16,966 bases of DNA from a virus (lineage: Duplodnaviria; Heunggongvirae; Uroviricota; Caudoviricetes), in IMG/VR virus record IMGVR_UViG_2703718855_000004. One strand, given 5' to 3'. The translations under genes were made by a program, and so were the position numbers. Positions 1-8,390 of this stretch are shown piece after piece (within the stretch, counting starts at the first letter, position 1; each line of letters begins with the position of its first letter). A model generated the notes under the pieces. It did no database searches. It worked only from the letters and a program-made list of their open reading frames with translations, and was not told where the DNA came from.

Positions 1-279
1 TCAGTATCTCGATAAGCGCAGAGAAATGATGCAGTGGTGGGCGGATTGGCTTGATGAAAAAGTGGAGTAATCCGGACCGTACTTCTTTATCCAGGCATAA
101 AGGCTGTGGGTGGTGATATCGAGACGTGTTGCAACGCTGGCAACAGAATAACCGCGATCAACAACCTGTTTGACTGCTTCAGTTTTAAACTCTTCGGGAT
201 AACGCTTACCGCTCATGGGCACCTCTCTTTAAGCCATCTTAAATGACTCTGAGGTGTCTGTTAAACCCGTGGCGATTCA
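1..279 (-). mobile_element. IS3-family insertion sequence, 5' end only: terminal region plus OrfA N-terminal helix-turn-helix fragment (ORF 1..222)
   Basis: ORF 1..222 translates to MPMSGKRYPEEFKTEAVKQVVDRGYSVASVATRLDITTHSLYAWIKKYGPD..., the HTH N-terminus typical of IS3-family OrfA. After about codon 51 (near nt 70) the frame no longer looks like the family. Read on the minus strand, the sequence upstream of the ATG begins TGAATCGCCACGG at nt 279, an IS-end-like TG terminus. Confidence 0.55.
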
Positions 280-772
280 AAACTGCGTGTTACGTTCGCC
301 CTGGACTGTTGCGATCGTGAAGCCATAGACTGGGCCGCAAGCACGGGAGGTTACGATAAAGCGACAGTGCAGGATGTCATGTTAGGAGCGATAGAAAAAC
401 GCTTTGGCGATAAAGTACCGGAACAGTCCATCCAGTGGCTGACAGATAACGGTTCAGCGTATAGAGCGCATGAAACATGGCAGTTCGCCAGAGAGTTGAA
501 TCTGGAGCCCTGCACAACGGCAATCAGCAGTCCTCAGAGTAATGGAATGGCAGAAAGGTTCGTGAAAACGATGAAGGAAGACTACATCGCGTTCATGCCG
601 AAACCGAATGTAAGAACGGCATTGCATAATCTTGCAGTGGCGATCGAACATTACAATGAAAACCATCCGCACAGTGCGTTGGGTTATCGCTCTCCGCGAG
701 AATATCGACGTCAGCGGGTAACGTTAACTTAAGATACACCCCCTGTCTGGAAATAAGGGGGCAAGAACAATG
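280..772 (+). mobile_element. IS2-like (IS3 family) element, 3' portion: 5'-truncated transposase OrfB (C-terminal part of DDE core) plus right terminal inverted repeat
   Basis: In-frame translation from nt 280 (ORF track 367..732) gives ...[17 protein letters not shown]...[11 protein letters not shown]...[37 protein letters not shown], resembling the C-terminus of IS2 InsD. Downstream TGTCTGGAAATAAGGGGGCAAG resembles the IS2 right end. The N-terminal part with the first catalytic Asp is absent. Confidence 0.65.
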
Positions 773-773
773 A

Positions 774-1526
774 TCAGATTCCCTGGTGAGTAAGAATTTT
801 ACTTTCTGAACTGCTCTGAGAGTATTGACTTGGAGAAACACCAAAATAACGTCTAAATACATAAGTAAAGTATGAGACACTGGCATAACCACAGACCTTA
901 GCTACTTTACTAATAGGATAACAACGAGTGCTGAGTAAATATTCAGCCATTTGCATCCTCTCATCAAGTATGATCTTACTGAATGATACCCCCTCTTCTT
1001 TCAATTTCCTCTTTAGTAAACTTTCGCTGAGATATAATCTTGATGATATATCCTTAAGACGCCATGGTGCAGATAAATCCGTATGAATAATCGTTTTAAC
1101 TTTAGCCCCTGTGCTTTTCAAACATTCAAACAGAAATACTCCAAATTGTTTTTCAGAAGAAAATGCAGAGAGACATGTAAAAGCAATAGACTCATCAAAA
1201 ATTTCTATGTATTCAGCACAGTGATTAGCCCAACTAATTAATCCTTTAATTAAACTGAAGTCAGCAAAGTTTATTTTTAAATAAGATGGATATTCCCTAC
1301 AATCAGAAATATCCCTTAAGTTATTAGCTTTCAAATAGCGACTAATAAACTCAGCGCCAAAATCCGCCACTATCACTCTTTCAGGATATGTCAGGAAAAA
1401 ATCTCTAGAGCTAGAGTCGACAAGTACAGATGAACCTCTCTCCAGAAACACACTCTCTTTTCCGAAATAAACATCAAAGGACTCCAAAATCAATATAACT
1501 GAACATGTAGTTGCCATATCATCCAC
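774..1526 (-). CDS. AraC/XylS-family transcriptional regulator, YdeO/AppY/GadX-like
   Basis: 250-aa ORF. The C-terminus ...PWRLKDISSRLYLSESLLKRKLKEEGVSFSKIILDERMQMAEYLLSTRCYPISKVAKVCGYASVSYFTYVFRRYFGVSPSQY is the two-HTH AraC DNA-binding domain and aligns by eye with E. coli YdeO/AppY. The stop lies 2 nt from the IS2-like right end. Confidence 0.8.
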   Translation of the reverse strand: MDDMATTCSVILILESFDVYFGKESVFLERGSSVLVDSSSRDFFLTYPERVIVADFGAEFISRYLKANNLRDISDCREYPSYLKINFADFSLIKGLISWANHCAEYIEIFDESIAFTCLSAFSSEKQFGVFLFECLKSTGAKVKTIIHTDLSAPWRLKDISSRLYLSESLLKRKLKEEGVSFSKIILDERMQMAEYLLSTRCYPISKVAKVCGYASVSYFTYVFRRYFGVSPSQYSQSSSESKILTHQGI

Positions 1527-2101
1527 CCAACTTAACTGAAACCAGGATGAAGTATATGCATATAAAGTTCACTTTGCCAAACTTCAGTATAAAAAACCAC
1601 ATAAAAAATAGGGTGTGATAAAAAATACCGTAACAATAAAGCAAAGGATTATAAATTCCGTTACAGTTACAAATGATACTCAAGAAACAATTCCTTAGGA
1701 AAAACTTATTTACAGCCAATAAGTAAGACACTTATATGATATCAAGTTTTCATAAAACATAACTAGGCTAAATAGCTGCGCCTAATACCGCTACACTTTT
1801 GCCAGCCCATGTTTGCCTCCGGGTATTGACCCCTTCTCTACGCAACTTCAGTTCCCACCACCAACTTTGCGGCAGCTTTGTAGGATCAATGTCTAAAAGA
1901 ATAATGGTGACCGATAAGAAAACGACTGAATAACTGCAAATTTTCGCTCAAAACCTTCCTGTCAGATCCATAGCGAATCAAGTGCTGAATGTCACAGTAT
2001 CGAACAGAAAACAGTGACGATCTAACCCTTCAAGAATATTCTACGATTGTTCTGTTTAGGAAAAGCAAGGCGGGAAGTCGGGAGATAAGTCATTGATAAA
2101 G

Positions 2102-2163
2102 TGGCGGAGAGAGGGGGATTTGAACCCCCGGTAGAGTTGCCCCTACTCCGGTTTTCGAGACCG
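2102..2163 (-). tRNA. Partial tRNA-Ser(CGA): 3' 62 nt only (anticodon stem to CCA), an att-type remnant rather than a functional gene
   Basis: The minus strand reads CGGTCTCGAAAACCGGAGTAGGGGCAACTCTACCGGGGGTTCAAATCCCCCTCTCTCCGCCA. This matches the anticodon loop (CGA), long variable arm, T-arm and acceptor 3' end of E. coli serU-type tRNA-Ser. The 5' acceptor and D-arm sequence is absent (the adjacent sequence is unrelated). Confidence 0.8.
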
Positions 2164-2906
2164 ATGATACAGAGTCGAAAAATCAAAGAGTTAAAAATTT
2201 TTCTTGGAATAAATGTCTTTAAATCGTACACGAAAAATCAATGAATTACATAACATTAAAGAAGAATATTCCAAGCCTTCTTGAGGCTACCACCTGTTTT
2301 CAGGTGTCATTCAGACGTGATTTGCCCCAGATTGGGAAAGCACGCTTTTTTCTCAGCTATCGTCCTCTTATTTTGCCGTTACATTTCTTTTTGCACTCTA
2401 ATGATTAATTTACAATAATAATATCGGTAATTATTGAGTAATAATAAATTGATTATTGCAAATGTAATTTAATTCCATCTTAGCGTTATATTCCAATCTT
2501 TAATCTCCGCATGGAACAAGTTGCATGCGTGACTATATTAAGACAACTTATAACCACCAAAACATTTGCTTTGCAAGCAAAAACAGTGACCATTGACTCT
2601 AAGAAAATTCCGATCTATTGTTAGGGTCATCAAAGTTACTTAACAGTATTCCGAAATGAAAATACAAAGCAAGCTAATTGTCTTATTAAACATTATTATT
2701 GCATTTATATTATTTGAGCTTTTAGCTCAAAAATTTGGTTTGAGTACATTATTTTAAAGCAAGGTAAACAATATCGGGCACTCTAGTTTTTATAATTAAC
2801 AATTAAACGTCCATAAAATGTTATTTACTTTTCTTCGCTATTGTCACATCTTAATATAGTGGCTTACGCCACTCTACTTTCATCACATTTTGTACGTTTA
2901 TGTACT

Positions 2907-2938
2907 CGCCATGAAGCTCTTTCATGGCGATTTTTATT
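2907..2938 (+). terminator. Rho-independent terminator-like hairpin with no gene upstream
   Basis: CGCCATGAA-gctct-TTCATGGCG, a perfect 9-bp stem, followed by ATTTTTATT on the plus strand. It sits in AT-rich DNA with no ORF of 60 aa or more. Confidence 0.45.
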
Positions 2939-3021
2939 CTTAATCCAAGAACATACTCCCTATCTATAGCAAAATCACTTTTTGAACAAAAGAATAACGT
3001 ATTTAGGTAATCATTACGAAT

Positions 3022-3603
3022 TTACCCTATAGGTGCTACTGGCCATTCAATATCCTGTGCAGTTGACGTATCAACACGGTTCAGCAATACCCGATACTTT
3101 TTCCAGGCTTCCAGCAACAAGGTTTCTTCCTCCGTTGCGATTTCCAGATCCACAGCATCCTGAAGCGGCGCTATATGCTCACTGGCTACCTGCATCAGGC
3201 TGTTTTTTGTTTCTTCCACCTCCCGGATCCGGAACAGTTTTTCTGCTTCCGTATCCTTCACCCAGGCTGTGCCGTTCCACTTCTGAAACTCCCCTTCCGG
3301 GGATAACCAGGTAACATTTTCCGGTAATGAGCCGAGTTCAGAAATAAATAACGCGTCCCCTGATGCCACGTCATAAACTGTTTTACCCCGATGGTCTTCA
3401 ACAAGATGCCACGATGACTCATCACTGTTGAAAACAGCCACGAAGCCAGCCGGAATATCTGGCGGTGCAATATCGGTACTGTTTGCTGGCAGACCTGTAT
3501 GAGGCGGAATATATGCATCACCTTCACCAATAAATTCATTAGTTCCGGCCAGCAGATTATAAATTTTTATGGTCCGTGGTTGTTCACTCATTCTGAATGC
3601 CAT
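3022..3603 (-). CDS. tfa: Tail fiber assembly protein Tfa (lambda-type)
   Basis: 193-aa [47 protein letters not shown]... is collinear over its full length with lambda Tfa as I recall it. Confidence 0.9.
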   Translation of the reverse strand: MAFRMSEQPRTIKIYNLLAGTNEFIGEGDAYIPPHTGLPANSTDIAPPDIPAGFVAVFNSDESSWHLVEDHRGKTVYDVASGDALFISELGSLPENVTWLSPEGEFQKWNGTAWVKDTEAEKLFRIREVEETKNSLMQVASEHIAPLQDAVDLEIATEEETLLLEAWKKYRVLLNRVDTSTAQDIEWPVAPIG

Positions 3604-3848
3604 TAACCAACACGGGCAGACTTCACCACATTCACCTCGCGGATGTAGTCGCTGCCCATCGCATTCATGATGGCCCGCTGAAAGGGCAGTGTTTCCCAGC
3701 GCCCTTCCTGGTATGCGGATTCTTTCGGGAGATAGTAATTAGCATCCGCCCATTCAACGGCGGTCTGTGGCTCCGGCCTGAACAGTGAGCGAAGCCCGGC
3801 GCGGACAAAATGCCGCAGCCTGTTAACCTGACTGTTCGATATATTCAC
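3603..3848 (-). pseudogene. Terminase large subunit (gpA) N-terminal fragment, about 81 codons, stop overlapping the tfa start
   Basis: [81 protein letters not shown] matches the first ~81 residues of lambda gpA, then stops. The stop and the tfa ATG overlap (TAATG). The rest of A and all head and tail genes are missing. Confidence 0.85.
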
Positions 3849-4368
3849 TCAGCAACCCCGGTATCAGTTCATCCAGCGCGGCTGCTTTGTTCATGGCTTT
3901 GATGATATCCCGTTTCAGGAAATCAACATGTCGGTTTTCCAGTTCCGGAAAACGCCGCTGCACCGACAGGGGGATCCCGTCGAGAATACTGGCAATTTCA
4001 CCTGCGATCCGCGACAACACGAAAGTACAGAATGCGGTTTCCACCACTTCAGCGGAGTCTCTGGCATTCTTCAGTTCCTGTGCGTCGGCCTGCGCACGCG
4101 TAAGTCGATGGCGTTCGTACTCAATAGTCCCTGGCTGGAGATCTGCCTCGCTGGCCTGCCGCAGTTCTTCAACCTCCCGGCGCAGCTTTTCGTTCTCAAT
4201 TTCAGCATCCCTTTCGGCATACCATTTTATGACGGCGGCAGAGTCATAAAGCACCTCATTACCCTTGCCACCGCCTCGCAGAACGGGCATTCCCTGTTCC
4301 TGCCAGTTCTGAATGGTACGGATACTCGCACCGAAAATGTCAGCCAGCTGCTTTTTGTTGACTTCCAT
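3823..4368 (-). CDS. nohD: Terminase small subunit Nu1 (lambda-type)
   Basis: 181-aa ORF MEVNKKQLADIFGASIRTIQNWQEQGMPVLRGGGKGNEVLYDSAAVIKWYAERD... is full-length and collinear with lambda Nu1. Its 3' end overlaps the gpA fragment start as in lambda. The symbol is chosen by analogy with K-12 cryptic-prophage naming. Confidence 0.85.
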   Translation of the reverse strand: MEVNKKQLADIFGASIRTIQNWQEQGMPVLRGGGKGNEVLYDSAAVIKWYAERDAEIENEKLRREVEELRQASEADLQPGTIEYERHRLTRAQADAQELKNARDSAEVVETAFCTFVLSRIAGEIASILDGIPLSVQRRFPELENRHVDFLKRDIIKAMNKAAALDELIPGLLSEYIEQSG

Positions 4369-4600
4369 TGTTCATTCCACGGACAAAAACAGAGAAAGGA
4401 AACGACAGAGGCCAAAAAGCTCGCTTTCAGCACCTGTCGCTTCCTTTCTTTTCAGAGGGTATTTTAAATAAAAACATTAAGTTATGACGAAGAAGAACGG
4501 AAACGCCTTAAACCGGAAAATTTTCATAAATAGCGAAAACCCGCGAGGTCGCCGCCCCGTAACCTGTCGGATCGCCGGAAAGGACCCGCAAAATGATAAT
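4369..4600. other. cos site (cosB, cosN, cosQ side), lambda-type; 12-nt cohesive-end sequence at 4546..4557
   Basis: The reverse complement of 4369..4577 reads ...CGACAGGTTACG|GGGCGGCGACCTCGCGGGTTTTCGCTATTTATGAAAATTTTCCGGTTTAAGGCG...TTTGTCCGTGGAATGAACA, matching the joined lambda right end and left end upstream of Nu1. Confidence 0.75.
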
Positions 4601-4756
4601 AATTATCATCTACATGTCACAACGTGCATCTACGCCATCAAACCACGTCAAATAATCAATTATGACGCAGGTATCGTATTAATTGATCTGCATCAACTTA
4701 ACGTAAAAACAACTTCAGACAATACAAATCAGCGACACTGAATACGGGGCAACCTC

Positions 4757-4951
4757 ATGTCAACGAAGAACAGAACCCGCAGAACAACAACCCGCAACAT
4801 CCGCTTTCCTAACCAAATGATTGAACAAATTAACATCGCTCTTGAGCAAAAAGGGTCCGGGAATTTCTCAGCCTGGGTCATTGAAGCCTGCCGTCGGAGA
4901 CTAACGTCAGAAAAGAGAGCATATACATCAATTAAAAGTGATGAAGAATGA
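4757..4951 (+). CDS. ylcI: Small conserved prophage protein (YlcI-like, DUF3950); possible ribbon-helix-helix fold
   Basis: 64-aa ORF MSTKNRTRRTTTRNIRFPNQMIEQINIALEQKGSGNFSAWVIEACRRRL... with a beta-strand, helix, G-x-S-x-N turn, helix pattern. Confidence 0.6.
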   Translation: MSTKNRTRRTTTRNIRFPNQMIEQINIALEQKGSGNFSAWVIEACRRRLTSEKRAYTSIKSDEE

Positions 4952-5115
4952 ACATCCCGCGTTCTTCCCTCCGAACAGGACGATATTGTAAATTCACTTA
5001 ATTACGAGGGCATTGCAGTAATTGAGTTGCAGTTTTACCACTTTCCTGACAGTGACAGACTGCGTGTTGGCTCTGTCACAGGCTAAATAGTTTGAATGAT
5101 TAGCAGTTATGGTGA

Positions 5116-5322
5116 TCAGTCAACCACCAGGGAATAATCCTTCATATTATTATCGTGCTTCACCAACGCTGCCTCAATTGCTCTGAATGCTTCCAGAGAC
5201 ACCTTATGTTCTATACATGCAATTACAACATCAGGGTAACTCATAGAAATGGTGCTATTAAGCATATTTTTTACACGAATCAGATCCACGGAGGGATCAT
5301 CAGCAGATTGTTCTTTATTCAT
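5116..5322 (-). CDS. ybcW: Small hypothetical prophage protein (YbcW-like)
   Basis: 68-aa [71 protein letters not shown], at the position expected in the DLP12-type gene order. Confidence 0.6.
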
Positions 5323-5607
5323 TTTGTCGCTCCATGCGCTTGCTCTTCATCTAGCGGTTAAAATATTACTTCAAATCTTTCTGTATGAAGATTTGAGCAC
5401 GTTGGCCTTACATACATCTGTCGGTTGTATTTCCCTCCAGAATGCCAGCAGGACCGCACTTTGTTACGCAACCAATACTATTAAGTGAAAACATTCCTAA
5501 TATTTGACATAAATCATCAACAAAACACAAAGAGGTCAGACCAGATTGAAACGATAAAAACGATAATGCAAACTACGCGCCCTCGTATCACATGGAAGGT
5601 TTTACCA

Positions 5608-6018
5608 ATGGCTCAGGTTGCCATTTTTAAAGAAATATTCGATCAAGTGCGAAAAGATTTAAACTGTGAATTGTTTTATTCTGAACTAAAACGTCACAAC
5701 GTCTCACATTATATTTACTATCTAGCCACAGATAATATTCACATCGTGTTAGAAAACGATAACACCGTGTTAATAAAAGGACTTAAAAAGGTTGTAAATG
5801 TTAAATTCTCAAGAAACACGCATCTTATAGAAACGTCCTATGATAGGTTGAAATCAAGAGAAATCACATTTCAGCAATACAGGGAAAATCTTGCTAAAGC
5901 AGGAGTTTTCCGATGGGTTACAAATATCCATGAACATAAAAGATATTACTATACCTTTGATAATTCATTACTATTTACTGAGAGCATTCAGAACACTACA
6001 CAAATCTTTCCACGCTAA
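5608..6018 (+). CDS. ybcV: Hypothetical prophage protein (YbcV-like, DUF1398)
   Basis: ORF track gives 5485..6018. I chose the internal start [47 protein letters not shown]... (136 aa), the length I recall for YbcV. The start is uncertain; 5485 and 5566 are alternatives. Confidence 0.65.
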   Translation: MAQVAIFKEIFDQVRKDLNCELFYSELKRHNVSHYIYYLATDNIHIVLENDNTVLIKGLKKVVNVKFSRNTHLIETSYDRLKSREITFQQYRENLAKAGVFRWVTNIHEHKRYYYTFDNSLLFTESIQNTTQIFPR

Positions 6019-6308
6019 ATCATAACGTCCGGTTTCTTCCGTGTCAGCACCGGGGCGTTGGCATAATGTAATACGTGTACGCGCTAAACCCTGTGTGCAT
6101 CGTTTTTAATTATTCCCGGACACTCCCGCAGAGAAGTTCCCCGTCAGGGCTGTGGACATAGTTAATCCGGGAATACAATGACGATTCATCGCACCTGACA
6201 TACATTAATAAATATTAACAATATGAAATTTCAACTCATTGTTTAGGGTTTGTTTAATTTTCTACACATACGATTCTGCGAACTTCAAAAAGCATCGGGA
6301 ATAACACC

Positions 6309-6602
6309 ATGAAAAAAATGCTACTCGCTACTGCGCTGGCCCTGCTTATTACAGGATGTGCTCAACAGACGTTTACTGTTCAAAACAAACCGGCAGCAGT
6401 AGCACCAAAGGAAACCATCACCCATCATTTCTTCGTTTCTGGAATTGGGCAGAAGAAAACTGTCGATGCAGCCAAAATTTGTGGCGGCGCAGAAAATGTT
6501 GTTAAAACAGAAACCCAGCAAACATTCGTAAATGGATTGCTCGGTTTTATTACTTTAGGCATTTATACTCCGCTGGAAGCGCGTGTGTATTGCTCACAAT
6601 AA
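6309..6602 (+). CDS. borD: Bor outer-membrane lipoprotein (lambda bor-type, serum-resistance moron)
   Basis: 97-aa ORF MKKMLLATALALLITGCAQQTFTVQNKPAAVAPKETITHHFFVSGIGQKK... with lipobox ITGC. It matches lambda Bor as recalled and lies opposite to the lysis genes as in lambda. Confidence 0.9.
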   Translation: MKKMLLATALALLITGCAQQTFTVQNKPAAVAPKETITHHFFVSGIGQKKTVDAAKICGGAENVVKTETQQTFVNGLLGFITLGIYTPLEARVYCSQ

Positions 6603-6610
6603 TTGCATGA

Positions 6611-6632
6611 GTTGCCCATCGATATGGGCAAC
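6611..6632. terminator. Palindromic hairpin between convergent bor and Rz
   Basis: GTTGCCCAT-cgat-ATGGGCAAC, a perfect 9-bp stem, lies between the bor stop (6602) and the Rz stop (6634). There is no strong U-tract on either side. Confidence 0.4.
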
Positions 6633-6633
6633 T

Positions 6634-7095
6634 CTATCTGCACTGCTCATTAATATACTTCTGGGTTCCTTCCAGTTGTTTTTGCATAGTGATCAGCCTC
6701 TCTCTGAGGGTGAAATAATCCCGTTCAGCGGTGTCTGCCAGTCGGGGGGAGGCTGCATTATCCACGCCGGAGGCGGTGGTGGCTTCACGCACTGACTGAC
6801 AGACTGCTTTGATGTGCAACCGACGACGACCTGCGGCAACATCATCACGCAGAGCATCATTTTCAGCTTTCGCATCAGCTAACTCCTTCGTGTATTTTGC
6901 ATCGAGCGCAGCAACATCACGCTGACGCATCTGCATGTCAGTAATTGCCGCGTTCGCCAGCTTCAGTTCTCTGGCATTTTTGTCGCGCTGGGCTTTGTAG
7001 GTAATGGCGTTATCACGGTAATGATTAACAGCCCATGACAGGTAGACGATGATGCAGATAACCAGAGCGGAGATAATCGCGGTTACTCTGTTCAT
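6634..7095 (-). CDS. rzpD: i-spanin Rz (inner-membrane spanin subunit)
   Basis: 153-aa product [55 protein letters not shown]... has an N-terminal TM segment and coiled coil. The start was chosen at MNRV, 4 codons inside the ORF-track start. It overlaps the endolysin 3' end. Confidence 0.85.
   Translation of the reverse strand: MNRVTAIISALVICIIVYLSWAVNHYRDNAITYKAQRDKNARELKLANAAITDMQMRQRDVAALDAKYTKELADAKAENDALRDDVAAGRRRLHIKAVCQSVREATTASGVDNAASPRLADTAERDYFTLRERLITMQKQLEGTQKYINEQCR
6693..6875 (-). CDS. rzoD: o-spanin Rz1 lipoprotein, embedded in the +1 frame of Rz
   Basis: 60-aa [63 protein letters not shown], with lipobox VVGC and a proline-rich body, lies entirely inside Rz in another frame. 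Confidence 0.8.
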   Translation of the reverse strand: MRKLKMMLCVMMLPQVVVGCTSKQSVSQCVKPPPPPAWIMQPPPDWQTPLNGIISPSERG

Positions 7096-7589
7096 TGCTG
7101 ACCCCACAAACAGATTTCACGCTCAATCTCACGACGAGTCATGAGACCTTTCCATTGCTTACCGCCAGCATATGTCCAGCGACGTAGCTGATCACATGCG
7201 CCTTTGATATCGCCCTGGTTTATTTTGCGAAGAAGCGTCGATGTTCTGAAATTGCCAGCACCCACGTTGTAAACGAATGAGTAAAGAGCGCCGCGCGTTG
7301 TTTCCGGTATATCGACTTTGATGTACGGGTTAATTTGTCTGGCGACAGTGGCAAGGTCTTTATTCAAGAGTGCTTTGCATTCTGCTTTGGTATACGTTTT
7401 ACCGAGCATGATGTCTTTTCCGGTGTGTCCGTGACATACAGTCCATACGCCAACGATATCTTTGTATGGTACGTAGCTGACACCTTCCAGACCATCGTTA
7501 CCACTTGGGCCAGTAATTAACACTGATGCTATAGCAATTGCTCCGCCACCAATAGCAGCAGCAACGGCTTTTCGTAATGATGGAGGCAT
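7092..7589 (-). CDS. rrrD: Endolysin (lysozyme R) with N-terminal signal-anchor-release-like hydrophobic segment, phage 21-type
   Basis: 165-aa [78 protein letters not shown]... has a Gly/Ala-rich N-terminal hydrophobic stretch and a lysozyme domain. Its start overlaps the holin stop. Confidence 0.9.
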   Translation of the reverse strand: MPPSLRKAVAAAIGGGAIAIASVLITGPSGNDGLEGVSYVPYKDIVGVWTVCHGHTGKDIMLGKTYTKAECKALLNKDLATVARQINPYIKVDIPETTRGALYSFVYNVGAGNFRTSTLLRKINQGDIKGACDQLRRWTYAGGKQWKGLMTRREIEREICLWGQQ

Positions 7590-7804
7590 TATTCACCTCT
7601 CGCAGCCTTGCGCTTATCTTCTTTAATCTTGAAATAAAGGTTTGTCAGGTACGTCAGCAGGCCAAATACCAGGCTACCCAGCACACCTATTGCTGCCCAC
7701 TGTGAGGGCGTGACTTTATCGAGCAGCTGTAAAAACCAGTAACCGGCACTACCTGCTGAGGTGCCATAGGCGACACCCGTTGTTAACTTATCCATGGATT
7801 TCAT
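7589..7804 (-). CDS. essD: Holin, phage 21 S-type (pinholin class), with dual-start motif M-K-S-M
   Basis: 71-aa product [71 protein letters not shown] with two TM segments. The ORF track extends upstream to 7849; I chose the MKSM start. Confidence 0.85.
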
Positions 7805-7930
7805 AACCCCACCTCGCAGACAAAGCGGGTGTAAATTGAGGGAATACAACGTATCGCAAAAAAGCAGAAACGTAACAGACTCGGAGTCAGTGAATAACTC
7901 AGGTATTGGGTTATCAGCTAATATCGAGAC

Positions 7931-7965
7931 TCAAAAAATGGAAAAACCCGCTCGACGGCGGGTTT
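7931..7965 (-). terminator. Rho-independent terminator upstream of the holin; candidate tR' of the late operon
   Basis: The minus strand reads AAACCCGCCGTCGAGCGGGTTT followed by TTCCATTTTTTG (stem ACCCGC/GCGGGT). It lies about 130 nt upstream of the holin start, where lambdoid phages place tR' between pR'/qut and S. Confidence 0.45.
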
Positions 7966-8390
7966 AAGCTGTGTGACGAAGTAACCACTCTTAACAGCAT
8001 AACCAATTTTTTACGTACGTAAACCACTAAATGATATTTGCGAGAATGCTACCGAGTATTGAAAACACCACTACAAATACATAAGCAAATCTCAACAAAT
8101 AACCAACAAATAATTTCCAGCGTTATTTTAGCTGGTTTAAATTGAATCTTCAAATTATAGAGCACTTATAAATAACAGCCATTAATATAAATTGGCTAAT
8201 AGATTTATTTTTATTCAGCCAAGAGCCATGAATAGGATTCGATAGAAAAAGTTCAGATAAAAATAGAGATCTACTTCACAAATCAAATGAGAAACCAAAA
8301 CTTACATCTTGAAATAATCACATTGATTAGATGAATATTTATCGCGCAGTGACATCATTTTTTAATAATAGTTCAAAAAAAGGGCTCACG

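Noticed and set aside
1519-1731. 70-aa minus-strand ORF upstream of the AraC regulator
   Set aside because: AT-rich, low-complexity hydrophobic translation with no RBS. It is more likely the promoter region of the regulator.
2022-2231. 69-aa minus-strand ORF overlapping the tRNA-Ser fragment
   Set aside because: It reads through the tRNA-derived sequence. The tRNA remnant explains the region.
3887-4467. Plus-strand ORFs of 120 and 179 aa overlapping Nu1
   Set aside because: They are antisense to the full-length Nu1 gene and run into the cos site. No independent support.
4484-4741. 85-aa plus-strand ORF beginning in the cos region
   Set aside because: It overlaps cosN/cosQ sequence that matches the lambda DNA ends. 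This non-coding packaging site is a better explanation.
5155-5488. Plus-strand ORFs of 68 and 79 aa overlapping ybcW and the ybcW/ybcV intergenic region
   Set aside because: They are antisense to ybcW and run through the divergent promoter region. No support.
6583-6795. 70-aa plus-strand ORF overlapping Rz and Rz1
   Set aside because: The nested Rz/Rz1 pair already accounts for the coding content. This third frame is artefactual.
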